The position numbers and the translations under genes are program-made. DNA of 62,488 nucleotides, filler included, from Chiloscyllium plagiosum (Eukaryota): assembly GCF_004010195.1 (NCBI RefSeq). It is 3 parts of one record of this genome, joined end to end, with 100 filler letters (N's around TTAATTAATTAA, not from the genome) between each part and the next. Parts side by side here need not be neighbours in the genome. Positions count along the whole stretch, not along the records: positions 20,185 to 42,063 come from NC_057713.1; positions 42,164 to 62,488 come from NC_057713.1; 1 more part is not named here. One strand, 5' to 3'. Shown in pieces: positions 37,731 through 50,809 of this stretch. Position 1 is the stretch's first letter; each line of letters starts with the position of its first letter. The notes under the pieces were generated by a model, which was not told where the DNA came from, did not search any database, and saw only the letters and a list, made by a program, of their open reading frames with translations.

Positions 37731-39555
37731 GTCTATGAAGGACCTTTGGCCTAAGGCACAGCAGTGTTGTCCTCACACAGCAGAATCCTGGCTGTCAGTG
37801 GCCATCCCAGTGAGGACCCATCACTGCTCCAGGCTGCAGTTGAAAGAGCAGATCTTTGGTGTTCCCATCACAATCGTTTCGGGTTGGATTCTGACACACA
37901 TAACCCCAGCCACCCCTGCATAAGGTTGTCCAGTTTCTGGGAGATGGTGTCGTAATGTCATTGGACTAGAAAGACCCAAGCTAACAGCTTGAGTATCAAA
38001 TCCGACCAGAGCAGCTGGGGGAATTCAAATTCAACGGCCAAAATGTGGAATATAAACCTCATCACAGCAACAGTGTCCTTGATGCTCCTGTTGATCATTT
38101 TAATATATGCATTTGGCTTATTAATATCATACAGGGAAGGAAGCTACCCTAACATTTATGACAATCAACAAAGTTTCCACAATTACTAAGACTGAATTTT
38201 GCATTTCAGATTTATTAATTAAACTCAAATCCCCATAGTTACTACAGTGGACTTCAATCCACTGTAACTCTGAATTACTAATCTAGTGACATGACCACTT
38301 TGCCACTCTATCCACGTGGCTTTGCAATAGCCATGAGGAAGCTAATTAAACCTGTCCATGGTACAGCGAGGAAGCCTGTTCAATAATCAAAAGAGCTCAC
38401 TTGAAATTTTTAAAAGCACTCCATTCCACATGATGTTACCCGTGACTCATTATGATACTCAGTCTTCTGACAATCCGAATCTACTCAGACATCTCATGTT
38501 AATTAAAGACTCATTGGACAGTTTCACCAGAGCATCAATTAGTCAGGGTCAAACTAAACATTTGGAAGAAGCAACATACACTAGAAACTTCTCCTGCTCA
38601 GCAATTCACTAAATCTATCTCTTTATTTACCTCCTTGGTTTTGTTCTCCTTTTCAATATTGAACTTTCAAACTCAGGACTTGGATGTTGGCCCTTTGCTT
38701 CCAATAGACAATTATTTTTCCTCTGCCTGGTGTGTCCCAGATCTAAATACCTCTTCATTCTTCAATCAACGTTGCTGATCCAGATTGACTATGATGAATA
38801 TTAGCAATGTCCACTGACGATGGAATGCTCCCAAACCCTGGACGATGTGGGCATTGGCGAGAAAGTTTGGAGAATCACATGAGGTCATCAGCAAGTAGTT
38901 TCTTACCATCAAGAGATGGAAGTCCCATTTACCAACCATATGTCAGACAGGGAGTGGAGATTCTCGTTAGGGAGTGGTGAGAGACTGATTTGCAAGCACT
39001 ACCATTATGAATTACATCACCTCCCCCTCGCTGCTGTGCAGTTTCCCATTTCCTCTAACCGTAAGGTAGAAACTAGATTGTAATACAAAAGCTGGAGCAG
39101 TACACTGGCAACTCCAGCTTGCCGTTACACCTCAGGATCTCTATCAGCCCCCAACCACTCAAGGCACACTCTTTGGACAGTGATTGTGCACACGTACCCC
39201 TGGCCAGCAGGACCTCCAGATTCCTATTGGCAAAGTGGGATGCCAATCACTCTCTGCCCAGAGAGGGGCAGCTACAGACTGTCAGCACGTGATTGGGTAC
39301 AGTGTTCTGGGCTTTAAAGATAGTGTCAGGGCCTAGAATCCTGGGAGCAGTACTTCTGCCTAGACCATGCAGCAGAAAGCAATAGAGACCTGGTTGATAG
39401 TTCATGAGGCAAGCCTGCGATAACAGCATGAGAAACTCTCCACACATGGCACTTAGCGATTTCCACTAAGAACCAGCCCAAATTCAACGTTCAACACATC
39501 CCAATTTTTAATTCCAGGCTCTTGTTGAAATCAGACTTCACCAAGCGGATTGGTG

Positions 39556-39903
39556 AGATCCACAGTGTAGAAACAGGCTCTTTGGTCCAACAAGTCCACA
39601 CCGACCCTCCGAAGAGTATCCCACCCAAGCCCATTTCCCTATCCTAACACTCTACATTTACCCCTGACTAATGCACCTAACCTGCACATCCCTGAACACT
39701 ATGGAGCAATTTCCCATGGCCAATTCACCTAAGCTGCACATCTTTGTGACTGTGTGAGGAAACCAAAGCACCCAGAGAAAACCCACACTGAAACAGGGAG
39801 GATGTGCAAACTCCACACAGACAGTCGCCCAAGGCTGGAATCGAACCTGGGTCCCTGGCGCGGTGAGGCAGCAGTACTAACCACTGAGCCACCGTGCTGC
39901 CCC
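39556..39903 (-). mobile_element. HE1 V-SINE, full length
   Basis: Same structure as 9371-9682. Confidence 0.9.
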
Positions 39904-41699
39904 AACGTGAACCCAGGTTGCCCCACACCAGAACATTAGCCTCAAGCTCTGGGTGAGTACACTGTTGACATTACTATGACACCACCATCTCCCCTAATAC
40001 TCAAGGTTGTATCATGAATCAAATACTAATGACTTGTTTACCATTTTGAACAGCGAACAGAGAGATTTTTTTTCAGGTTAATGCTGTTGATTTGACAAGG
40101 ACTTCCAAAAGACCTTTTTTTTTGATAAAATGCATCATAACAATCTCATGAGTAAAGTTCAAACTCAAAGAGAAGTAGCAAACTGTCTATGAAATTGGCT
40201 GAGTGACAGGAAATAGAATGTCTGTTTATTGGACTGGCAGAGTCTTTAAAATAGAGCTCCCCGATGTATTCCAATCAACAAACCATCTCTCTCAGCCTTA
40301 AATGTACACAAGGACTCAGCCCCCACAGCTCTCTGCGGCAAGGAGTTCCAAAGACTCACAATCCGCTGGGAGAGGAAATTCTTCCTCATCTCAGACCTCT
40401 TCACTACAGATGACACATCACCTCTGATCCAATTAAAAAGCAGAACAGACTCATAGGGCTGAACAGTCCCCTTCTGTGAGCTAAGACAGGTTACGACAAA
40501 TGTATAGGGATGCTTTTGCCATTTCAGTTGCTACACAGTTTCAAATCTTTATTAAAATAATTTACAAAGTCATAAATTACATTATCTTTCCATCTTCTAA
40601 TTGTAGGCTTCCACCCAAACAATCTTCAGTGTGGGAGTTATCTCCCATTCTGAGTGTATTACACATTGAGATACTTAATGGTTACTTGGGATAAAAAAAA
40701 ACACAGTAATTGGTTTCTGTGACACTGTGATGTTAAATGGCTGTGAAATCTGCTTAGCGGTGATGTTAATGCGGAGAAACAACTCAGTCTAATTGGATCT
40801 GTCTGAAACATTGGCCAATGCATTATTGCACATATCTGCTATCTCCTGTACTGCAGTTCTCCATCCCTGAGGGAGTCACACCACAGATGCCAATCGGTTT
40901 TTCAATCATTGAATGTACCATCAGCATCACTGGGGTTCATTGTACCTCAGTTAGAAGACAATAATTTCAACCCTAGGTATTTTTCAAGGTTAATTCCTCT
41001 GGCCCAGCCATCTTCAGCTGTTTCATCAATGACCTCCCACCCCTGGCCCATCATAAGGTCAGGAGGGAGCATGTTCATTGACTATTGCAAAATATTCAGC
41101 ACCATTCTCAAACTCTCTGATACAAGCCCATGTCCACTGAAGTGACAAGTGACACAAGTACCAGGTGATGACCATCTGCAAAAAGAGAGACGCCAACTAT
41201 TCCCCTCAATTTTCAATGGTATGACTATTACTTAATCCTCCACTATCAACTTCCTGTAGGTTATCAAAAACTGTGCTATACCTGCCACATAAATACAATG
41301 ATTACAGAACAGATCATTGACTGAGAGCTCTGAAGCAGGTATCCAATGTCCTGACTTCTCATTTACCCTGTCCACCACCTGCAAATGCTATGGCACAGAA
41401 ATAGCAAGGCAACCCAAAAACAGCCTCACGATCATTGGATTCACAACACAGTGAAATGAAAACATTCATTGATCCAAAAATTTGTTCAATTGTTCCTAAC
41501 CAGACTTTACGAATAGCAGAATATCACCAAGTTTGTGTCTTAAACAAAAATTAACAATTTATTATTAATAATGTAACTTTAGCAGAACACAAATAAACTA
41601 TGAAGCAAACTACTTAATATCTATGCTATCTGCTATGATAATTATCTCCTTAGGTCCAACATTCTTTCATCTTTAGCTCCCACTTACACATTAACAGAC

Positions 41700-42063
41700 A
41701 GAGCTGGAAATGTGTTGCTGGAAAAGCGCAGCAGGTCAGGCAGCATCCAGGGAACAGGAGAATCGACGTTTCGGGCATAAGCCCTTCTTCAGGAATGGGG
41801 AAAGTTTGTCCAGCAGGCTAAGATAAAAGGTAGGGAGGAGGGACTATGGGGAGGGGCATCGGAAATGTGATAGGTGGAAAGATGTCAAGGTGAGGATGAT
41901 AGGTCAGACTGGGGTGGGGACGGAGAGGTTGGGAAGAAGATTGCAGGTTAGGAAGGCGGTGCTGAATTTGATGGATTTGACTGAGACAGGGCGGGGGGAG
42001 GAAACTGGTGAAATCCGAGTTCATCCCTTGTGGTTGGAGGGTTCCTAGGCGGAAGATGAGGCG
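41700..42063 (-). mobile_element. Young Penelope-like element terminal region with hammerhead motif (41761-41796), truncated by the contig end
   Basis: Minus strand ATTC-CTGAAGA-A-GGGC-TTAT-GCCC-GAAA-CGTC-GATT; near-identical to 19723-20084. Confidence 0.8.
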
Positions 42064-42163
42064 NNNNNNNNNNNNNNNNNNNNNNNNNNNNNNNNNNNNN
42101 NNNNNNNTTAATTAATTAANNNNNNNNNNNNNNNNNNNNNNNNNNNNNNNNNNNNNNNNNNNN
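42064..42163. other. Artificial contig linker N44-TTAATTAATTAA-N44
   Basis: Same structure as 20085-20184. Confidence 0.95.
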
Positions 42164-43405
42164 AAGGCAGGAACAGGATACTGATTAAGGATGATCAACC
42201 ATGATCATATTGAATGGTGGTGCAGGCTCGAAGGGCAGAATGGCCTACTCCTGCACCTATTGTCTATTGACATATCTGTTAGTGTACAATTCACATTGGC
42301 TGCACCTCTTCTCATCTTGAGGCACTCCTTGCATTGAGAATCTGTTTTCTTAACCTCCTTTTTAAAATATTGAGATTTTAAGTCACAAGTCAAAAACTGA
42401 GTTATTAAAAAGCTTCTGGTTGTTTGTACACTATATAGTTTAATCCATGGTGCTTGCTTAGCCTCTTTCAACAACAATGACGTCCATCAACTAAACGGTC
42501 TAGATGTTCTGCAAATCTCTCTGCAGCAGCATAGCTTCATTAAAGTTGCATTCACATACCCACAAACCACATTTCAGTTTCATAGGGCTCACTTTATAGA
42601 ATTTAAATCTAGTTTTATTTGTTTGCTGTCCAAGTTCAACTTATTAGAGCCCAGCTGATGTGGTGGAATTTAAATACACATTCCCATTTCTTTTTACCCT
42701 TATAATCTCCATTTAAAATATTTAGTACAACGGAGAGGAGAATCAACCACACTGCTAAGGGTCTCGAGCTACCCGGCAGCCATTTTCATAGGGATGGCAC
42801 AATTCCTTTCCCGGAAGACAACAGTGAACCAAACAGGAAGTGTAGTCATCAATATTGAAATACAACATATATAACATCATCTTTAGATTCAGAAGAGAAG
42901 TTTGTGGATTCCAAAAAGTGCTGATTTCTGCCAAATTAACACCAAAGCTTTTTATCTTCACTGTATTATGCCCTGGAAACCAGGAATGCAAAGGGAACCT
43001 TTTGGAAAAACCCTGAAATTTTAATTCTGATTTTAAACTTTGACATGCCTGGTTTGCTACGGTTTCCTCCCACTGTCCAAAGATATGCAAGTTAGGCAGA
43101 TTGGCCATGCTAAATTTCCCATAGTGTTCATAGATGTGCAGGCTTGGTGGGTTAGGGAAATGCAGGGGTAAGAGGATGGGTCTGGGTAAGAGAATGGGTC
43201 TGGGTGAGATGCTGTTCCGTGTGTACCCGCTGGGTCAAACAGCCTGTTTCCACACTGTAGGGGTTCTATGATTCTACGAAGCTCTCATGCCAAATCTCAC
43301 ACTGCAAACTTTCCATTTCAAGTATTTGACCATTAACGAAAAGAAAAAATCACCAAAAGGTCAGATTGCTTATCCAGTCCCACCCTATTGTTAGCTATTG
43401 CTTCA

Positions 43406-43549
<144 letters not shown>

Positions 43550-45025
43550 TTAAACAGCTGCTACAACTTTACAATGAGTGCTTTACAAGGAGAAATTATA
43601 CTGAAAGGAGCTCACCTCCTGGCTAAACCAGCAGACAATAATGCATTGGTGAAGACCAGTATTCTTACACTGAGTTTGACTCTTATCGTTCAATTAACAC
43701 ATAAGCACATTTACTAAGATGGAACTGCTTGTTTTAAACGTTTGTTGCGAGAATACAGACCATGAGACAATAAAATGTTCTTTGGAACGTCTACAATCCA
43801 GCCTGCAATTAGATTCAAATATTTAAGTCCCCTTTTATATTTCCCAAAATATATTCACTACTTCAAAAGAATAGGTACATTAAATCTGAAAATCTTAAGT
43901 CAGTCACTTGCCTAAAACTGAAAACAAAAACATGTCACAAGGCTGGTTAAGCAATTCATTTACGATAAATGATTAAGGGTAAACGGTAGAAGATTCAAGG
44001 CAAATAAAAAAGTTCATTTTCTCAAAAGTATTAACCAGTAGACCAAATAATAGAATAAATTGGAATAGACCATGAAACCTTACAATTTAGTCTTGCAGAA
44101 AGTCACCAAAATGCTCAAACATTCTTCCAAAAGCATGTGGCCCTCAACCTGGTCCTTACAGTACGAGTAACCTCAGCAGCTTACATTTCACCATGCAGTG
44201 TCTCATTGTTCCTGCCAACATACAACTACAGTGGCTAATACTCCTAATAGTCAGTTACTTTGCATCAGTGGTTCAGTTGTAGCACATCACCTACAAGTCA
44301 GAAGGTTACGTCCCACTTTGGAGACTTGGCCTCAGAAACCTCAGGTGACACTCTAAAGCAGTCCTTACAGTGCAGCGCCCTGTCAGTGGTGTCACCTTTT
44401 GGACCTTAAACTAAAGTCCCGTTTAACGAGGTGTTATAAAAAATCCTAGCGCACAATTTCAGATTTGTGCGAGAATTTTCTCTGGTGTCATAGCCAATAT
44501 TTATCTCTGAATTGAGATCATCTCAAAAACAGATTATCTGGTCATTATCCATGCGATTGTGGAAGCTTGAGAGAGCAAAGGCAGTTGCTTATATTTTCTT
44601 TTACAGTGACTATAACAGTTAGTCATTGGCACAAGGATGTTCAGAGTTCATGACAAGCTCCACATAGATACATGTACTACCTTTCTCTCATACTGCCAGA
44701 GAAATATCGGTTACCACTGAGTATTAGAGCAATGTTTCTCAGAAATTGAATTGAAGGAATCAATGTGACTGCTGTCATTTATACTCTATGCTTTACTGGA
44801 ATAGTGTAATATAACAAAACTACTTGAAACATTATAGGTGACATCTTAGTTAAAGGTTATATTTTAACAATTAAGGCAATACAATTGTTGAAATCTAATG
44901 GTTTTAGCTTTTGCCTCTGTTTCTACCAAATGTACCCAAATTTCCAAATACAAAAGTGGTTAACCAACATTAGAAATCTAGGGTTGTAATACAGAATTAG
45001 AACTGCTTTCTCGACAAATAACTTA

Positions 45026-45283
<258 letters not shown>

Positions 45284-45434
45284 CTACATAAAAATCTGAC
45301 AATTTGCATTGTCACTGTCATAATTCACTAAATTCAGGATTGGAAAGCAACTAACTCAACTATAACGCATAAAATCTAGAAGCATCTATTGTTGGGTGAA
45401 ACAAAGCCAAATGCTGAGTGGTCAAGGAGGTAAA

Positions 45435-46120
45435 AACATAGAAAATAAGAGGAGTGGGAAATTTGGTCATTAGAGCCTGCTCCACTATTCAAACCAATCA
45501 ACTCAGTACACTGTTCCCACTTTCTACCCATAGTCTTTGATTCCTTTAGCCCCAAGAATTTAATCTAACTTCTTGTAAACATTCAATGTTTTGGACGCAA
45601 CTGCCTTCTATGGGAGACAGTTCCACAGATTCACCACTCTCTGGGTGAAAACATTTCTCATCTAGGTCCTAAATGGCTTACCTCTTACCTTTAGACTGTG
45701 ACCCCTGGTTCTGGACTCCCAGGTCACTGGGAACACTGTTCGGTCCTGTTGAAACTTTGTAGGTTTCTATGAGATCACCCCATATTCTTCTAAATTCTAA
45801 ATGAATGCAAGTCCTAATATATCCAGTTGTGTCATCCCAGGAATCAGTCTGGTAAACCTTCCTCACACTTCCTCCATAGCTAGAACACCCTTTCTCAGAT
45901 AATAAGCTCAAAATTGCACACAATATTCTAGGTGTGATCTCACAAAGGCCCCGTACAATTGCAGCAAGACATCCCTATTCCTGTACTCAAATTCTCTTGC
46001 TTTGAAAGTCAACATACCAATTGCTTTCTTCATCTACTTGCTTACTTTCAGCGAATGATGTACAAGGACTCCCAGGTCTGGTTGCACCTCCATCTTTCCC
46101 AATCTATCACCATTCAACTT
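45435..46120 (-). mobile_element. CR1-clade LINE 3' fragment in an RNMT intron
   Basis: Minus strand LEFRRI.GDLIETYK and QRVVNLWN remnants. Confidence 0.75.
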
Positions 46121-46814
46121 AATAACTTAAAAGTTCCAGCAAGGAATTAAGAATGCAAATGACTCATTCCCTATCAGGGAGGTTTGAGTACATATGGCTC
46201 ATATCCCCAGAGTCTAGAATAACAAGAATCATTAAATATATAATATTCTTAAGAGGTTTGACTGGGTGGATACTGGGAGAATGTTTCGCTGGACAGAGAA
46301 TCTACAGCTAGTAGCTCACATATCCAAAGTGGGGAGGTGGACGAGAAGAGGACATGCATCATTTTGGTTGGGGACAAGGAGAAATCTTCTGATTGAGATG
46401 ACCGTGCATCTGGAATTGTCTACCCTATAAAAGGAACTAGATGCTCAAGGATTGAGTGGCTACTTCTTCAGTTCTGCTTTCTCTCCACAGAAGCTGCCAG
46501 ACCAGCAATTTCTGATGTCATTTCGGTTTTCCAGCATCTTTAGTTCGTTGTTTTTGACAGGTTTTTTTCTAGTAAGGAAACCAAGGAATATTGTATCATT
46601 GAGAAAGGTGGCTTGGAGGTAGAAGGTGAAGCATAATCTTATTAAATGATTGAATCTATTCAAAAGATCAGATGTCTACTCCTATTTATAATTTTAAACA
46701 CAATTAAGCCCATAAATGCAATTAATTTAGCCTAAATAGCTATTTCTTACAGTCAGCCAGAGGGTGTGGACAACACTGGCATTAACTTATCTTTTATCTA
46801 ATAGCAGTTGGGTT

Positions 46815-47985
46815 TGTTGAACAATTGGGTCAATAAGCTGAAGTGTAGCAAATAGAATTTAATTTGGATTAGTGAGGTATTACATTTTGGGAAAACAAAA
46901 AAAATAAAAGACGTGACTTATTCAATTAAAAGTAGAGCTTTGGGTAGTGTTGTAGAACAAAGACCAGGTTCAGGTACATAATTCTTTAAAGTTTGCATCA
47001 CATGTGGATAAGAAGCTTTTAGCCTCCTTGCCTTCATTGCGCAGATCTTTGAACACAGGTGTTGGGACATTACGTTGAGGTTGGGCAAGATATTGGTGAA
47101 GTCTCTTCTGGAGTAGTGTGTCTAGTTCTAGTTACCCTGTTATAGTAAGGACACCATTAAGCTGGAGAAGGTTCAGAAGAGATTTAGCAGAATGTTGCTG
47201 GGAATGGAGGGTTTGAGTTATAAGGTAAGGCTGGACAGCCTGGGAGTTTTTCCACGAGTACAGAGGGTTGAGAGGTGACCTTGTAGACATTTATAAAATA
47301 ATGAGGAGTATAGATAAGGTAAATGGCACACGCCTCTTCCCTACAATGGAGAATTCAAGACTAGAGGGCACATTAAGGTGAGAGGAATCATAGAATCCCT
47401 ACAGTGTGTAAAACAGGCCCTTCAGCCCAACAAGTCCAAACCGACCATCGGAAAAGTGTCCCACCCAGACCTGTTTCCCTATTACTCTACATTTACCCCT
47501 GACCAATGCACCTAACCTACATATCCCTGAACACTACAAACAACTTAATATGGCCAATTCACCGAAGCTGCACATCTTGGGATTTGGGAGGAAACTGGAG
47601 CACCCAGGGAGAATATGTAAACTCCACACAGAATCACCCAAGGCTGGAATCGAACCCAGGTCCCTGGCACTAAGAGGCAACAGTGCTAACCACTGAGCCA
47701 CCATGCCACCCCTTAGGGGGGATTTTAAAAAGACATGATGCAACTTTTGTTTTGTTTTTAAAACACAGTGTTTCGTATGTGGAGTGAACTTCCAGAGGAA
47801 TTGGTGGATGTGGGTACAGTTACAACATTTAAAAAACATTTGAATAAGCACATGAATAGGAAAAGTTTGAAGGGATATCTTTCAATTACAGGCAGATGGG
47901 ACTAACTTAGTTAGGGATTATGGTCGATACAGACTGGTTAAACTAAAGGGTCTGTTTCCGTGCTGTATGACTTCTATGCCTCTAT
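46815..47985 (+). mobile_element. CR1/HER1-like LINE 3' part with nested HE1 (47385-47712, minus)
   Basis: LEKVQKRF.RML.GMEGLSY..RLD.LG remnants; nested full HE1. Confidence 0.8.
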
Positions 47986-48907
47986 ACCAGCTCTAATCTG
48001 TAGAGAAGATGCTACTTGGTAGAGACCTCCAGAATTTTGACTCAGCCATGGCGGTCCAAGTCAGAACTGCGTACAACAAAATGGGGAGCTTGTAGGGGCA
48101 TTGCTATTGCTCCTGTTCTTAGAAAACAGTGGAGGTCCTGGCAATGTATAAAGTGCACTTATTATATGCTGAAGGGAGTGGATATTTAGGAAAACGCTAG
48201 AGGTACCTATCAAGTTAGCTGCTTCAACTCTGTTGAAGCTGGAGTCTAGGGGGAAGTCAATTCATCACATTCCCAAAAATGGTGAGCCATTTACTACAGA
48301 ATACTGAAAACAAGCGGGGGATTCAGTCCATAAATATAAGGAAAGTTACGAGCATATGTATTGATAAATCTACAAAAAGAAAAGCTATGTTTGGATCCAA
48401 CATCAGAGATCAAAAAAAGATACTGGATTATTTTTGGAAGATGAATCATGTTCAAACAAAAAAAAACACTCTAGAACTTGGCAGTCAACATAATTCATCT
48501 GTCTTTAAGTCTACTAGCCATAAAAAGGATAGGGAAATAAGAGGTAGGTACAAAGACAACCAAACAATTTCAAAGAACAGTGAGTTGGATGAAGAGGTTA
48601 AGTTTTCACTGTTAGGATTAGACAATTAAACTATTTAAAAACTACTGGCAACCTACAGTAAAATATTCAAATGCCAATTTACACATTAGCAAGAAGGAAA
48701 CCAAAATATAACTTTTTCACCCAGAAGCTTCAGTTGTGGAACAAGATACCTCATAAACAGTTTGAAGCTGAATGTAATAATATGCCCAACTAACTTCCTG
48801 GAAGCTTAGATCTAATTTAGTATTTTCTCATTCAATCATTCCATTATTTCTTTCCTCCCATACTCATGCTCAAATTCTTGAAAGAATAAAACAAAAATTT
48901 AGACTCA

Positions 48908-49093
<186 letters not shown>

Positions 49094-50575
49094 TCAAAAA
49101 GAAAAACAGCAAAAACTGCATCAAAAGCAAAATACTGTCGACACTGGAAATTCCAAGTTGAAACAAAAGATGTTGGAAAAACTCAACAGCTCAAGCAGTA
49201 TCTATGGAAGGAAATAGAGTTAATGTTTCAGGTCAAGTGATCAAACATATTAAGCTGCATACTTGGCATGTTCTAATTTTTTAAATTTTTTTTAAAAAGA
49301 GGAAACGGGGTTGTGGGGGCGGGGATTGTGGTCACATCACTGTTCTCTTAATCTAGAAACCCAGGCTAATAGGTGTCTCAGTGGTTAGCACAGCAGCCTA
49401 CGCACAGATAATCACCACAGGGCGGATCGAACCCGGCTCCCTGGTGCTGGAGTTTGCATGTTCTTCTCGTGTCCATGTAAGCTTCCTCCAGGTGCTCCAG
49501 TTTCGTCCCACAATCCAAAGATGTACAGTTTAGGTGGGTTGGCTATGCTAACTGTCCCATAGCATGCAGGCTAGGTGAGTTAACTCTGGTAAATGTGGAT
49601 TTAGGAGATAGGATGAGATGCTCTTTGGTGGGTCAGTGCAAACTCACTGGGTAACTGACCTCTATCTATATTATAGAGATTCTGTGATTCTAATTTTCTG
49701 ACAACATAGGCTCAATTCCTATCATGGTAGATGGTGTCATTTGGATTCAATAAAACTCTGGAATAAAAGGCTTACCTAGTAGCATCATTGTTGATTGCCA
49801 TAAAATCCTATCTGGTTCATTATTGCCCAATAGGGAAGGAGATCTGCCATCCTTAAATTGTCTGGCCTACAAGTGACTCCAGAACCACTGCGTTGTTGAT
49901 GCTGGGTAGTTAGGGATGGGCATTAAATTGGCACTGTTGCCCTAGCAAGCAACATTCACGCCCCATGAACACATTTTTAAAAACTGGTTATTTTCCTGCT
50001 AACTTTATTTCCAAGTGCCTTGCAGGTTATGTTGTGCCACACATCTGTGGGCAATCATTAAAAAGAATCAAACTGGATTTTTATTTTCCCACCTCACGGT
50101 TCTAGTCATGGGAAATCATTCCAGATTTCTCTAAGCGGACAATATCTACAAGGAATCATGGGCTTCCAGAACATGCACAGAAAATTTCCTAGACATTGTA
50201 TCAGGCATGAATGGAGAAAGTGAGATTGACCTTCTTGCTGCAGAGAAGGTGAAGGGGAGATTTGGTCAAGGCTTTGAAAATACTGAAGTGTTCTGAGAAG
50301 GTGAGTCAGAGAAACCGCTTCCAGCATCAGAAGACTCAGTCACCAAAAGTTATAGGTTTAAGCAAATTTGCACAAGGATCTCAGGTAACCAGGAAAAATG
50401 CCTACACTGTTATGTTTGAAAAGGTGATGGGAGTTGGTTCAATAATAAATTTTCAAAAGGGATCTAGATGAATATTAGAAGGTAAAAATTTTGAGTTACA
50501 AGTGAGGGGGGGTCAAATTAGACTGCTCCAAAGAACCACAGACATAACTGGCCAAATAGTCTCCTTTACCGCCGT

Positions 50576-50807
50576 TAGATTAGATTACTTACAGTGTGGA
50601 AACAGACCCTTCGGCCCAACAAGTCTACACCGACCCGCCAAAGCGCAACCCACCCAGACCCATTCCCCTACATTTATCCCTTCACCTAACACTACGGGCA
50701 ATTTAGCATGGCCAATTCACCTAACCTGCACATTTTTGGACTGAGGGAGGAAACCGGAGAACCCGGAGGAAACCCACGCAGACACAGGGAGAATGTGCAA
50801 ACTCCAC
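50576..50807 (-). mobile_element. HE1 V-SINE, 5'-truncated
   Basis: V-domain and (AATCT)n tail. Confidence 0.85.
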
Positions 50808-50809
50808 TA

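Noticed and set aside
39840..39903. tRNA-like heads of HE1 and other SINEs as tRNA genes
   Set aside because: They continue into SINE bodies and lack a complete acceptor stem.
40630..40665. SEWEIT on the minus strand, resembling the RNMT SEWEAT micro-exon
   Set aside because: Upstream residues and splice sites do not fit.
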